Shown one piece after another: positions 1-7,551 of a stretch of DNA of 11,370 nt (position 1 is its first letter; every line of letters begins with the position of its first letter). The stretch is from assembly GCA_051747585.1 (NCBI GenBank), contig JBNJGH010000105.1, forward strand, positions 1 to 11,370, read 5' to 3'. Under the pieces are notes generated by a model. The model did no database searches. It saw only the letters and a program-made list of their open reading frames with translations, and was not told the origin of the DNA. The translations under genes were made by a program, and so were the position numbers. Source of the DNA: Candidatus Rifleibacteriota bacterium (GTDB taxonomy: Bacteria; Muiribacteriota; Ozemobacteria; Ozemobacterales; Ozemobacteraceae).

Positions 1-429
1 CGAGGCTGCGTCTTTGATGCTGAAGGCAATTGGTGTGTATTCCGATAGCATCAATGCGCCGATCAGGGTTGCAAAAATACCAAACTGAGCTGCTGCTCCC
101 AACAGAGCTGTTTTAGGGTTTGCAATCAGTGGTCCGAAATCTGTTAGCGCACCCACACCCATGAAAATCATTAATGGGAATAGGCCATTGGCGATGCCCG
201 CATTGTAAATAATTCCCAGAAAGCCATCGGGGCCGGTTATGTCGGCTGCGGGAATATTGGCCAGAATGCCGCCAAAGCCTATGGGGAGCAACAGCAGGGG
301 TTCAAACTTTTTGCTGATTGCCAGCCAGATTAAAAGAAGGCCTACGCCTATCATTATAAGCTGTTTATAGGTGATAAGAGCGAAGCCGGTTGTTTTTAAA
401 AGTGCGTTGACTGCTTCTGTGATTTCCAT
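1..429 (-). CDS. oadB: Na+-translocating decarboxylase beta subunit (N-terminal 143 aa; truncated by window edge)
   Basis: Manual translation from ATG at 429 (AGGAG SD at 436-440): [60 protein letters not shown]...[50 protein letters not shown], [18 protein letters not shown] and [10 protein letters not shown] are hallmark OadB/GcdB/MmdB motifs. It lies 15 nt downstream of oadA. Confidence 0.96.
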   Translation of the reverse strand, partial: MEITEAVNALLKTTGFALITYKQLIMIGVGLLLIWLAISKKFEPLLLLPIGFGGILANIPAADITGPDGFLGIIYNAGIANGLFPLMIFMGVGALTDFGPLIANPKTALLGAAAQFGIFATLIGALMLSEYTPIAFSIKDAAS

Positions 430-444
430 GCTTAGCTCCTGTTA

Positions 445-2241
445 TCAGTTAATATGGGCAAGAACCTGACCGGTGTTAACCTGGCTGCCTTGATTAATAA
501 GCAGTTTAGAAATTTTGCCGGCAGAGGGTGCTTTAATTTGAGTTTCCATCTTCATTGCTTCGATAATAAAAAGGGTGTCGTCTGTTGAAACCTCATCGCC
601 GACTGAAAAGTTAATTTTTACTACAGCTCCCGGCAAGGGTGCGTTAACTTCTATTTTTTCCGATGATTCAGAAGGCTCGCCCTGAAGCGAAATGCTGTCC
701 TGCTTTGCTATATCAAACTCATAGGTTTTTCCGTTTACAATTGCTTTGTTGTTTTCAAGAACCACTGAGTAGTCTTTGTTGTTTATTGAAACCTTGTAGC
801 CTGTGTTGGCAGAAGATTCATTCTGCTCAGTTTCTTTCTGAATTTTTCGGACGTTAACTGAGGCTTCGCCTTTAAGAAAGGCTATACCTTTATCTTTACA
901 GGTTGCAGCAATAAAAAGGTTTTCGTCGGTGACTGGCAGCTTTTCTGCTTTTAATTTTGCTTCAGCTACTGACAGGCCCTTGGTCGGGTCAGCATCATTT
1001 ATGGCCAGTACCGGTTTATCTGCCGGCTCTAGCTCGAGCTGTTCAGAAGCAATTTTTACAATTTTCGGGTCAGGTTTTATCGGGGTTTTGCCAAAATAAC
1101 CAAGCACCATTTTTCCGTAGCCTTCAGCTATTTTTTTCCAGGGTCCGAACATAACATTGTTATATGACTGTTGAAAATAAAATTGGGAAACAGGGGTGAC
1201 CGAAGTGCCAAAACCGCCGAGTCTGACAACCTCGCCCATGGCACTAATTACATCTGAATAGCGATCTAGAATATTGCTGTCACGCATCATCTGAGTATTA
1301 GCGGTCAGTGCTCCACCGGGCATAGGCGAAAAAACAACGCGGGGGTCGACAGAGCGCGATTCGGGCGGTACAAAGTAGTCTTTAACGCATTCGCCAAAGA
1401 CTTTTTCTGCTTCGAATATCTTTTCGACATCGATTCCAAGATCAAACTCTGTGCCTTTAAGCGCATGGTGCATGGTTAAAATATCAGGTTGGGCGGTTCC
1501 GCCAGATACGGGTGCCATTGCCAGGTCGATTCCGTCGGCGCCGGCTTCGAGTGCAGCTTTGTAGGCAGCTACTGCAGTTCCTGCGGTATCGTGAGTATGA
1601 AAGTTTATAAAAGTTTTTTCGGGTAAATTCTGGCGGGCAAGTTTAATGGTCTGGTAAACTTTCGCAGGGGTAGAGGTGCCCGATGCGTCTTTGAAACAAA
1701 TTGAGTCAAATGGAATTTCCGCATCCAGTATTTTTTTTACCACATCGAGATAAAATTCCGGAGTATGTGAGCCGGTGCAACCTGGCGGCAGTTCCATCAT
1801 CGTAACTACAACCTGATGTTTCAGACCGGCGTCTACAATACATTTGCCACTGTAAATCAGATTGTTAACATCATTAAGCGCGTCGAAGTTTCTTATGGTT
1901 GTAACCCCATGCTTTTTAAACATCTGGGCGTGAAGCTTAATAACATCACTGCTTTGAGATTCTAGGCCTACTACGTTAACTCCACGGGCCAGGGTTTGCA
2001 GCTCTATGTCAGGGCCAACAGTTTTTCTGAAGGCATCCATCATATCAAAAGCATTTTCGTTACAATAAAAGAATAACGATTGAAATCTTGCGCCTCCACC
2101 GGATTCAAAATGGGTTGTGCCGGCATTTTTGGCAGCTTCTAAAGCAGGCAGAAAATCTCTGGTAAGAACCCTTGCTCCAAAGACAGACTGAAAGCCGTCT
2201 CGGAATGATGTATCCATAAATTTAACAAGTTTCTTTTTCAT
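445..2241 (-). CDS. oadA: Oxaloacetate decarboxylase alpha subunit / pyruvate carboxylase subunit B-like (carboxyltransferase + C-terminal biotinyl domain)
   Basis: Carboxyltransferase motifs DTSFRDGFQS, CFKDASG, HTHDTAG, MPGGALT and VTPVSQ, plus biotin-attachment motif EAMKMET near the C-terminus. Flanked by oadG-like and oadB genes. Confidence 0.93.
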   Translation of the reverse strand: MKKKLVKFMDTSFRDGFQSVFGARVLTRDFLPALEAAKNAGTTHFESGGGARFQSLFFYCNENAFDMMDAFRKTVGPDIELQTLARGVNVVGLESQSSDVIKLHAQMFKKHGVTTIRNFDALNDVNNLIYSGKCIVDAGLKHQVVVTMMELPPGCTGSHTPEFYLDVVKKILDAEIPFDSICFKDASGTSTPAKVYQTIKLARQNLPEKTFINFHTHDTAGTAVAAYKAALEAGADGIDLAMAPVSGGTAQPDILTMHHALKGTEFDLGIDVEKIFEAEKVFGECVKDYFVPPESRSVDPRVVFSPMPGGALTANTQMMRDSNILDRYSDVISAMGEVVRLGGFGTSVTPVSQFYFQQSYNNVMFGPWKKIAEGYGKMVLGYFGKTPIKPDPKIVKIASEQLELEPADKPVLAINDADPTKGLSVAEAKLKAEKLPVTDENLFIAATCKDKGIAFLKGEASVNVRKIQKETEQNESSANTGYKVSINNKDYSVVLENNKAIVNGKTYEFDIAKQDSISLQGEPSESSEKIEVNAPLPGAVVKINFSVGDEVSTDDTLFIIEAMKMETQIKAPSAGKISKLLINQGSQVNTGQVLAHIN

Positions 2242-2462
2242 TATCGCTTTTCCTCCTTAGAAAAAGCTTTGGCAGCGGCAATGACAACGGCGATTTCTTC
2301 GGGAATATTACCTGCCTGTTTATTTGCGCTGTTGTTGTTTGCTGGTTGGGGTAAGAGTTTTACAATTCGGGTCATGCAATTGATAAAAATGATTACCAGA
2401 CTTAAAAAAATGAAGACGGTACTCATACCTATCATTGCCAGATTGATACCTTCAGTAAGCAT
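2241..2462 (-). CDS. oadG: Oxaloacetate decarboxylase gamma subunit (OadG family), ~73 aa
   Basis: MLTEGINLAMIGMSTVFIFLSLVIIFI is a single N-terminal TM helix with GMxxVF, followed by a Pro/Asn linker and EEIAVVIAAA. Its stop overlaps the oadA start (TAATG). The true start is more likely ATG at 2462, with AAGGAG SD at 2472-2477, than the track's TTG at 2480. Confidence 0.9.
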   Translation of the reverse strand: MLTEGINLAMIGMSTVFIFLSLVIIFINCMTRIVKLLPQPANNNSANKQAGNIPEEIAVVIAAAKAFSKEEKR

Positions 2463-2585
2463 GTAGCGTAACTCCTTCAATGTTTACTGCCGGGTCTGTC
2501 TGCTGGGGTGCCGACAGGGGCGCTTCTGCATATATTTATTTATTAATGCCTTATTGTCAGTGTCTAAAGTTGATTCCTTGCTTAA

Positions 2586-2614
2586 ATTTTAACTAATTCG
2601 TGAGAAATATGCAA
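2586..2614 (-). promoter_or_regulatory. Putative sigma70-type promoter of the oadGAB operon
   Basis: The minus strand reads TTGCAT (2614-2609), a 17-nt spacer, then TAAAAT (2591-2586), ~120 nt upstream of the oadG ATG. Confidence 0.6.
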
Positions 2615-2768
2615 GCAATAATGATTCCTAATTAGCGAGCTGTTAAAAAAATCACAGACATTTAGGGGGTTGTTGTGAAAATCCCGAATAATCGTCTTTT
2701 TTTATTAAAGAAACAAAAGCTGGGTGCCTGGTTTGAGTTTGAAAGCTTAAAATATTATTACCCTGACC

Positions 2769-2806
2769 CTGGATTCCGGCTCTCATTTTATTCGGCCGGA
2801 ATGACG
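2769..2806. repeat. CGTC-type REP-like palindrome 1
   Basis: CTGG-ATTCCGGC-(14 nt)-GCCGGAAT-GACG has a perfect 8-bp stem. The minus strand reads CGTCATTCCGGC...GCCGGAATCCAG, the CGTC-tagged REP architecture. Confidence 0.75.
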
Positions 2807-2824
2807 GAAAGTGGTTCTCTAACT

Positions 2825-2853
2825 CTGGATGCCTGATCAAGTCAGGCGTGACG
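2825..2853. repeat. CGTC-type REP-like palindrome 2
   Basis: CTGG-ATGCCTGA-TCAAG-TCAGGCGT-GACG has an 8-bp stem with one G-T pair and the same CTGGAT...TGACG flanks as palindrome 1, in the same orientation. Confidence 0.75.
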
Positions 2854-2868
2854 CGTTTTTATCTCTAT

Positions 2869-2933
2869 TCGGAATCGGGTCTCGGGATCGAATCGAATAT
2901 TTAAGAAAAAACGATAAGCGACCCCGATCCCGA
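2869..2933. repeat. Imperfect inverted repeat built of TCGGGA/TCGGAA/TCGAA short units
   Basis: Left arm TCGGAATCGGGTCTCGGGATCGAATCG. Right arm CGATAAGCGACCCCGATCCCGA, whose reverse complement is TCGGGATCGGGGTCGCTTATCG. The spacer is A/T-rich. Confidence 0.55.
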
Positions 2934-2971
2934 CAACCTACTGCATGTCGGCGCGATTTTGACCAAAATCA

Positions 2972-3565
2972 TTAATTTTGTTTGTAGCTTTTAACCATGT
3001 TGATGAAATATTGGGTTATTCTGTTATCGTCAGTCAGTTCGGGATGAAAAGAACAGCCCAGCAGATTTTTTTCTTTTACCATTACAATTCGGTCTTCTAG
3101 TTTTGCCAGAATTTCGACCTGATTTTCGACTTTTTCTATGTGGGGTGCACGAATAAATACCGCATTGAAATTTTCGGCTATGCCTTTTATATTCAGCTCT
3201 GCTTCAAAGCTGTCGACCTGTCTGCCAAAAGAATTACGTTCAACCGTTATATTCATGAGGCCAAGGTTATGGGTTTGGCCACTGACAAGCTTTTTGGCCA
3301 GCAAAATCAGTCCGGCGCAAGTGCCAAAAACAGGTTTGCCGGCTTTTGCAAATTCTATAACCGGTTCAACCAGATTCGAGGTGTCGAGCAGGCGGCGAAT
3401 TGTTGTGCTTTCGCCGCCGGGTATAATCAAACCATCGACCAGCTTGAGCTGATCTGCGTTTTTAACATTTGTTCCCTCGACACCGCATTCTGTCAGCGAC
3501 TTAAGGTGTTCGCGCACTGCACCCTGCAGTCCTAAAACTCCAACTTTAATTCGCTCTTCATTCAT
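2972..3565 (-). CDS. pdxT: Pyridoxal 5'-phosphate synthase glutaminase subunit PdxT
   Basis: Motifs [32 protein letters not shown] (catalytic Cys), [18 protein letters not shown] and FHPEL (His-Glu of the triad). Immediately downstream of pdxS. Confidence 0.98.
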   Translation of the reverse strand: MNEERIKVGVLGLQGAVREHLKSLTECGVEGTNVKNADQLKLVDGLIIPGGESTTIRRLLDTSNLVEPVIEFAKAGKPVFGTCAGLILLAKKLVSGQTHNLGLMNITVERNSFGRQVDSFEAELNIKGIAENFNAVFIRAPHIEKVENQVEILAKLEDRIVMVKEKNLLGCSFHPELTDDNRITQYFINMVKSYKQN

Positions 3566-3566
3566 T

Positions 3567-4457
3567 TTAAATGCCTCTGTCCTGCATTCTTTCAGATTCC
3601 TGGAGGTTTTTCATTTCCAGACCCGGCATTGCACCGCCCAGGCCTTTGGATATTTCAGAAATCAATTTATAATCCTGGTAATGGGTAGTTGCCTGAACTA
3701 TTGCCCTGGCAAATTTTTCCGGGTTTTCAGATTTGAATATGCCCGAGCCAACAAATACGCCGTCGGCACCTAGTTCCATCATCAGCGCAGCATCAGCAGG
3801 AGTGGCTACTCCGCCCGCAGCAAAATTTACTACCGGTAATCGGCCCAGTTTTTTAATCTCCATCAGAATAGAATAGGGTGCTCCAAGGTTTCTGGCTTCA
3901 ACCATTACCTCGTCATCTGACATGGAGCAGAGTCTTTTTATTTGCCCGTTTACTTTTCTTATATGGCGAACTGCTTCAACTATATTTCCTGTGCCGGGTT
4001 CTCCTTTGGTCCTCAGCATGGCAGCACCTTCGCCAATTCTTCTGGCGGCTTCGCCCAGATCGCGGCAACCGCAGACAAATGGCACGGTGTAATTGCTTTT
4101 CAAAAGATGAAACTCATCATCAGCCGGGGTTAATACTTCACTTTCGTCAATGTAATCAACCCCCATGGATTCAAGCAGTCTGGCCTCGGAAATATGGCCG
4201 ATGCGAGCTTTCGCCATAACCGGAATGCTTACAGCTTCCATTACTTCTTCAATAATTTGCGGATCTGCCATTCGGGCAACGCCACCCGCTTTTCTGATGT
4301 CAGACGGAACTCTTTCCAGAGCCATTACCGCAACCGCACCTGCTGACTCGGCAATCCTGGCCTGGTCGGCATTTACGACGTCCATAATTACGCCGCCTTT
4401 TTGCATTTCGGCCATTCCTCTTTTTACTCTGTCGGTTCCGGTATCTTTAATAATCAT
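3567..4457 (-). CDS. pdxS: Pyridoxal 5'-phosphate synthase lyase subunit PdxS
   Basis: Motifs [56 protein letters not shown] and [24 protein letters not shown] at 4465-4469. Confidence 0.99.
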   Translation of the reverse strand: MIIKDTGTDRVKRGMAEMQKGGVIMDVVNADQARIAESAGAVAVMALERVPSDIRKAGGVARMADPQIIEEVMEAVSIPVMAKARIGHISEARLLESMGVDYIDESEVLTPADDEFHLLKSNYTVPFVCGCRDLGEAARRIGEGAAMLRTKGEPGTGNIVEAVRHIRKVNGQIKRLCSMSDDEVMVEARNLGAPYSILMEIKKLGRLPVVNFAAGGVATPADAALMMELGADGVFVGSGIFKSENPEKFARAIVQATTHYQDYKLISEISKGLGGAMPGLEMKNLQESERMQDRGI

Positions 4458-4513
4458 TTCGATTCTCCTGAAAATAAAGTTTGCTATAAATACGCTGGTA
4501 AATTACAAAATCT

Positions 4514-4559
4514 TTGACTATTATGAAAGAGTCAGAAACTAAAAAAATAAGGTGGTCAA
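4514..4559. promoter_or_regulatory. PdxR operator: two direct and one inverted YTGACY box
   Basis: The minus strand reads TTGACC-N18-CTGACT-N10-AGTCAA (4559-4554, 4535-4530, 4519-4514). A CATAAT -10-like hexamer for pdxS lies between boxes 2 and 3, and the 18-nt spacer is A/T-rich. Confidence 0.8.
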
Positions 4560-4566
4560 TAAAAAA

Positions 4567-5973
4567 GTGGAGCTTTTATCGGTCGAGTGGGAAAAAAACA
4601 GCAAAAAACCTCTATATCAGCAGTTATATGAACATATAAAAAACGAGATAATTGCCGGCAGACTTAAATTTGCAACTAGAATGCCGGCAAAGAGAAAGTT
4701 AGAGCAGATTCTCAATATATCTCAGACAACAATTGAAACTGCTTACGAGCAACTTGTGGCCGAAGGTTATCTTGAATCAATTCCAAGAAAAGGTTTTTTT
4801 GTCTGTGCCCGCGAAGAATTTCTGTATCAGCCGGTAAAAGTAAAAGCTAAACGAAAAATAAAAATACAACCAAAAGTTGCAGAATATTGTTTCGATTTCA
4901 CCCCCGGCAAGATTGACTGCTCAATGTTTCCTTTTAAAGTCTGGCGTTCCTTGTATCGTGAGGCGATTTCATACGAAAATCGTCATCTTTTAAGGCATGG
5001 CGATTCATTTGGCGAACCGGAATTAAGAGAAGAAATAAAAAATTATCTTTATCAGTCAAGAGGCGTCAATTGCAGCAGTGATCAGATAATAATAGGAGCC
5101 GGCATTGAATATTTGTTACCTCAGCTGTTGAGCCTGCTTGGTGACAATAAAATTTACGGCATAGAGGACCCCGGTTACCCGCTGACCAGGCATGTACTTG
5201 AATCAAATGATAAAAAGTTTATTCGGGTTTCTGTCGATGCTGAAGGGGCCGATATCAGAGAACTCGAAAAAAGTCGGGTCAATGTAATGTACGTTACGCC
5301 TTCTCATCAGTTTCCGCTTGGTTGTGTGATGTCAGCCAATCGCAGGGCAAAGTTGTTAAACTGGGCTCACAGTACCAAGAGTCGTTATATTATCGAAGAT
5401 GATTACGACAGTGAATTTCGCTATTATGGAAGAACTATTCCCTCGCTTTATAGTCTGGGCGCTGGAAAAAAGGTTATTTATCTTTCTACTTTTTCCAAAT
5501 CTCTAATGCCTTCTCTGCGAATTGGTTATATGGTATTGCCGCAAAATCTGCTTAAAAAGTATCGCAGCGCTTTTTCCTGCTATGCTTCATGCGTCTCTCG
5601 TATTGATCAATATGTGCTTGCAGCTTTTATGCAGTCGGGGAATTTTATTAAGCATTTGAACCGTATGCGCACCGCCTATCGAAAAAAAGTTGAGCTTATT
5701 ATGAATTTGCTTCAACCATATCGCGACAAGATTAAAGTTTCGGGCGAAAAAGCCGGCCTTCATCTCCTGCTTGGTATTAAAAGCGATAAAAGTGAGTCAG
5801 AGTTGGTAAAACTAGCTAAAAATGCGAGAATAAAAATTGCAGGGTTACAAGATTATTATTTTAAAAAAGATAAGTTTGAAGCTGATCCTTCCTTGATTCT
5901 GGGGTTTGCTGATTTTAGTGAAGAAAGACTTGCTAAAGCAATTAAAGAGTTAATTGCCTGCCTGAAAATTTGA
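4567..5973 (+). CDS. pdxR: MocR/GabR-family PLP-dependent transcriptional regulator PdxR
   Basis: N-terminal GntR wHTH (PLYQQLYEHIK...MPAKRKLEQILNISQTTIETAYEQLVAEGYLES) and an aminotransferase-like domain (VTPSHQFPLG, IIEDDYDSEF, STFSKSLMPSLRIGY with the PLP lysine). It is divergent from pdxST. I place the start at GTG 4567 (MELLS...) rather than GTG 4552, which overlaps an operator box. Confidence 0.93.
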   Translation: MELLSVEWEKNSKKPLYQQLYEHIKNEIIAGRLKFATRMPAKRKLEQILNISQTTIETAYEQLVAEGYLESIPRKGFFVCAREEFLYQPVKVKAKRKIKIQPKVAEYCFDFTPGKIDCSMFPFKVWRSLYREAISYENRHLLRHGDSFGEPELREEIKNYLYQSRGVNCSSDQIIIGAGIEYLLPQLLSLLGDNKIYGIEDPGYPLTRHVLESNDKKFIRVSVDAEGADIRELEKSRVNVMYVTPSHQFPLGCVMSANRRAKLLNWAHSTKSRYIIEDDYDSEFRYYGRTIPSLYSLGAGKKVIYLSTFSKSLMPSLRIGYMVLPQNLLKKYRSAFSCYASCVSRIDQYVLAAFMQSGNFIKHLNRMRTAYRKKVELIMNLLQPYRDKIKVSGEKAGLHLLLGIKSDKSESELVKLAKNARIKIAGLQDYYFKKDKFEADPSLILGFADFSEERLAKAIKELIACLKI

Positions 5974-6010
5974 TTGCCGGTAAAAACCAAAATCAACAAA
6001 ACAATCTGAA

Positions 6011-6039
6011 TTGACAAACATCCACAGGTGAATTAATCT
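6011..6039 (+). promoter_or_regulatory. Putative sigma70 promoter for the 6064 gene
   Basis: Perfect TTGACA (6011-6016), 17 nt, then TAATCT (6034-6039). GGAGAG SD at 6053-6058. Confidence 0.6.
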
Positions 6040-6063
6040 TGACTATAGATATGGAGAGAGATT

Positions 6064-7551
6064 ATGATTAAAACACGATTTTGCGCAATTTCAGTAATTT
6101 TGCTTCTGTCGCTGGCTGTAAGCACTTCAGCACAGATAAAAGATCCGAGATCCCTGTTAGTAGATATCCCTGAGCCCCCCGGAGCTCGCTCAGAGCTTCC
6201 TTCGCCTGTTCCCATGGTTTATCAGTTTATGGGTGCAATGATGGATGGTGAGTTTGATATCTGCCTTTCTCATTTTGACGTTGAAACATTTTTAACCATT
6301 CTTTTTAGTCGTCAAATTGATAGAATGAGTCCCGAAGAGTATCGCGAGTTGTATTCTTTTCAGGTTCAGACTCAGCGTAATGAATTCAGATTTTTATCGA
6401 ACGTTATGAATCGGGTAGCTAAAGGGGCTAAAATCAGCTATTCAGATCCTCGCTATCACAAGAAAATTCAGAGCAAAATTGTTATCAGGCTTGATACCAA
6501 CCGTGGTAAATTTGAATTTGTGGTTTATTGCCGTTTTAAAAATAACAACTGGGCTGTTTATGACTACGTTCTCAATGACCAAAGGTTGAGCAAAATTTTC
6601 CTGAACGCTTTGCGCGGCGTAGGAGTTGATAGCTATGCAGGTAGTCTAAGGCCGTTTTATGGCAGGCAAAAAGGTTTTAGACCTATTAGAAGCAAAGAAT
6701 TCGATTTTTCAATTAAGGTTCCGGGTAATTATAAAGTCAGACAAAATGTCAGTAATGCTTTGATGGCTTCAGTAGCAGCTTTTAACAAACAGTTTCTTCT
6801 TCATATTCAAACCGCTACCTATGATGAGCCGCAAAATCTTTCTGACGTCGGTAAGGCAATCAAAGATAGTTTGATGCCCTTTGACCCCAGGCTTTATGAT
6901 CAGTGGAAATCTGAGCTGGCCGGAGTAGAAATCGGAAATGTTTTGTTTCACTTTTTAAAGAATGACAAACGGCTTTATACTCATATGGTCATTATTCCGC
7001 TGGGGCACAGGCTTATTGTTCTTAACTTTTACCATAGCTCTTTACAGCTTCTCAAGCACATGACCAATCTGCGTGAAAGAATGCTCGAAACAATGGCTCT
7101 GCCAAAACTTGAGTCGGTTGGTGGCGTTTTGCCCGGTGAGATCCCGGATGAGCTTACTCTTACCGCAGATGAAGACGAACTGGGACTTGATAATGACTTT
7201 GGAGATAGTGGTGATGTAAGCTTTTCGCCTTCATCTGAACCCGAACCGGATTCAGATGATTCAGACTTTTATAATTCTGAAATTCCACCGCCTTCAGATG
7301 ATGAAGCCGATATGCTTACTCCGGATTCTTATGTTGATGATGATTCAGGTTCCTCAGATTTTCCCGATTCAGAGTCTTATGAAGAAGATCCGGGTTTTGT
7401 CGTTGATGATTCTGAAGTGGATTATCCTGACTTTCCGTCTGACGAAGAGATTCCTCCGCCACCTCCACCTCCGGGCAGCTATGGTGACGGAACAGGCAGC
7501 GGAGACGATGCCGATTATTTCCCTGGCGACGGTAGCGAGGTCGCTTTCTAA
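6064..7551 (+). CDS. Exported hypothetical protein: MlaC/Ttg2D-like region, possible PsbP/DcrB-like region, long acidic disordered tail
   Basis: Signal peptide MIKTRFCAISVILLLSLAVSTSA. FDVETF...MSPEEYREL...WAVYDYVLND resembles the MlaC pattern FD...SPEQ...WKVYDV. FDFSIKVPGNY resembles the start of a PsbP-like domain. The C-terminus is D/E/S/P-rich. The CDS is well supported; the domain calls are by eye. Confidence 0.75.
   Translation: MIKTRFCAISVILLLSLAVSTSAQIKDPRSLLVDIPEPPGARSELPSPVPMVYQFMGAMMDGEFDICLSHFDVETFLTILFSRQIDRMSPEEYRELYSFQVQTQRNEFRFLSNVMNRVAKGAKISYSDPRYHKKIQSKIVIRLDTNRGKFEFVVYCRFKNNNWAVYDYVLNDQRLSKIFLNALRGVGVDSYAGSLRPFYGRQKGFRPIRSKEFDFSIKVPGNYKVRQNVSNALMASVAAFNKQFLLHIQTATYDEPQNLSDVGKAIKDSLMPFDPRLYDQWKSELAGVEIGNVLFHFLKNDKRLYTHMVIIPLGHRLIVLNFYHSSLQLLKHMTNLRERMLETMALPKLESVGGVLPGEIPDELTLTADEDELGLDNDFGDSGDVSFSPSSEPEPDSDDSDFYNSEIPPPSDDEADMLTPDSYVDDDSGSSDFPDSESYEEDPGFVVDDSEVDYPDFPSDEEIPPPPPPPGSYGDGTGSGDDADYFPGDGSEVAF

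Noticed and set aside
2463..2480. TTG start at 2480 for oadG given in the ORF track
   Set aside because: The extension contains the AAGGAG SD for the ATG at 2462, and OadG proteins typically begin right at the TM segment.
2484..2531. 15-aa uORF (MQKRPCRHPSRQTRQ) in the oadG leader
   Set aside because: It has no SD and no regulatory codon run, and such a short ORF is expected by chance.
2652..2840. 62-aa minus-strand ORF in the oad-pdxT spacer
   Set aside because: It starts at a TTG inside a REP palindrome, has no SD, and is largely a translation of repeat sequence.
2769..2933. Possible mini-CRISPR array
   Set aside because: The palindromes are not identical direct repeats, the spacing is irregular, and no cas genes are present.
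663..4542. Plus-strand ORFs antisense to oadA, oadG, pdxT and pdxS (663, 957, 2269, 3138, 3140, 3878, 3942, 4165)
   Set aside because: These are shadow ORFs opposite well-conserved genes, with no recognisable motifs.
5974..6010. Terminator after pdxR
   Set aside because: There is no convincing GC-rich hairpin with a U-tract.
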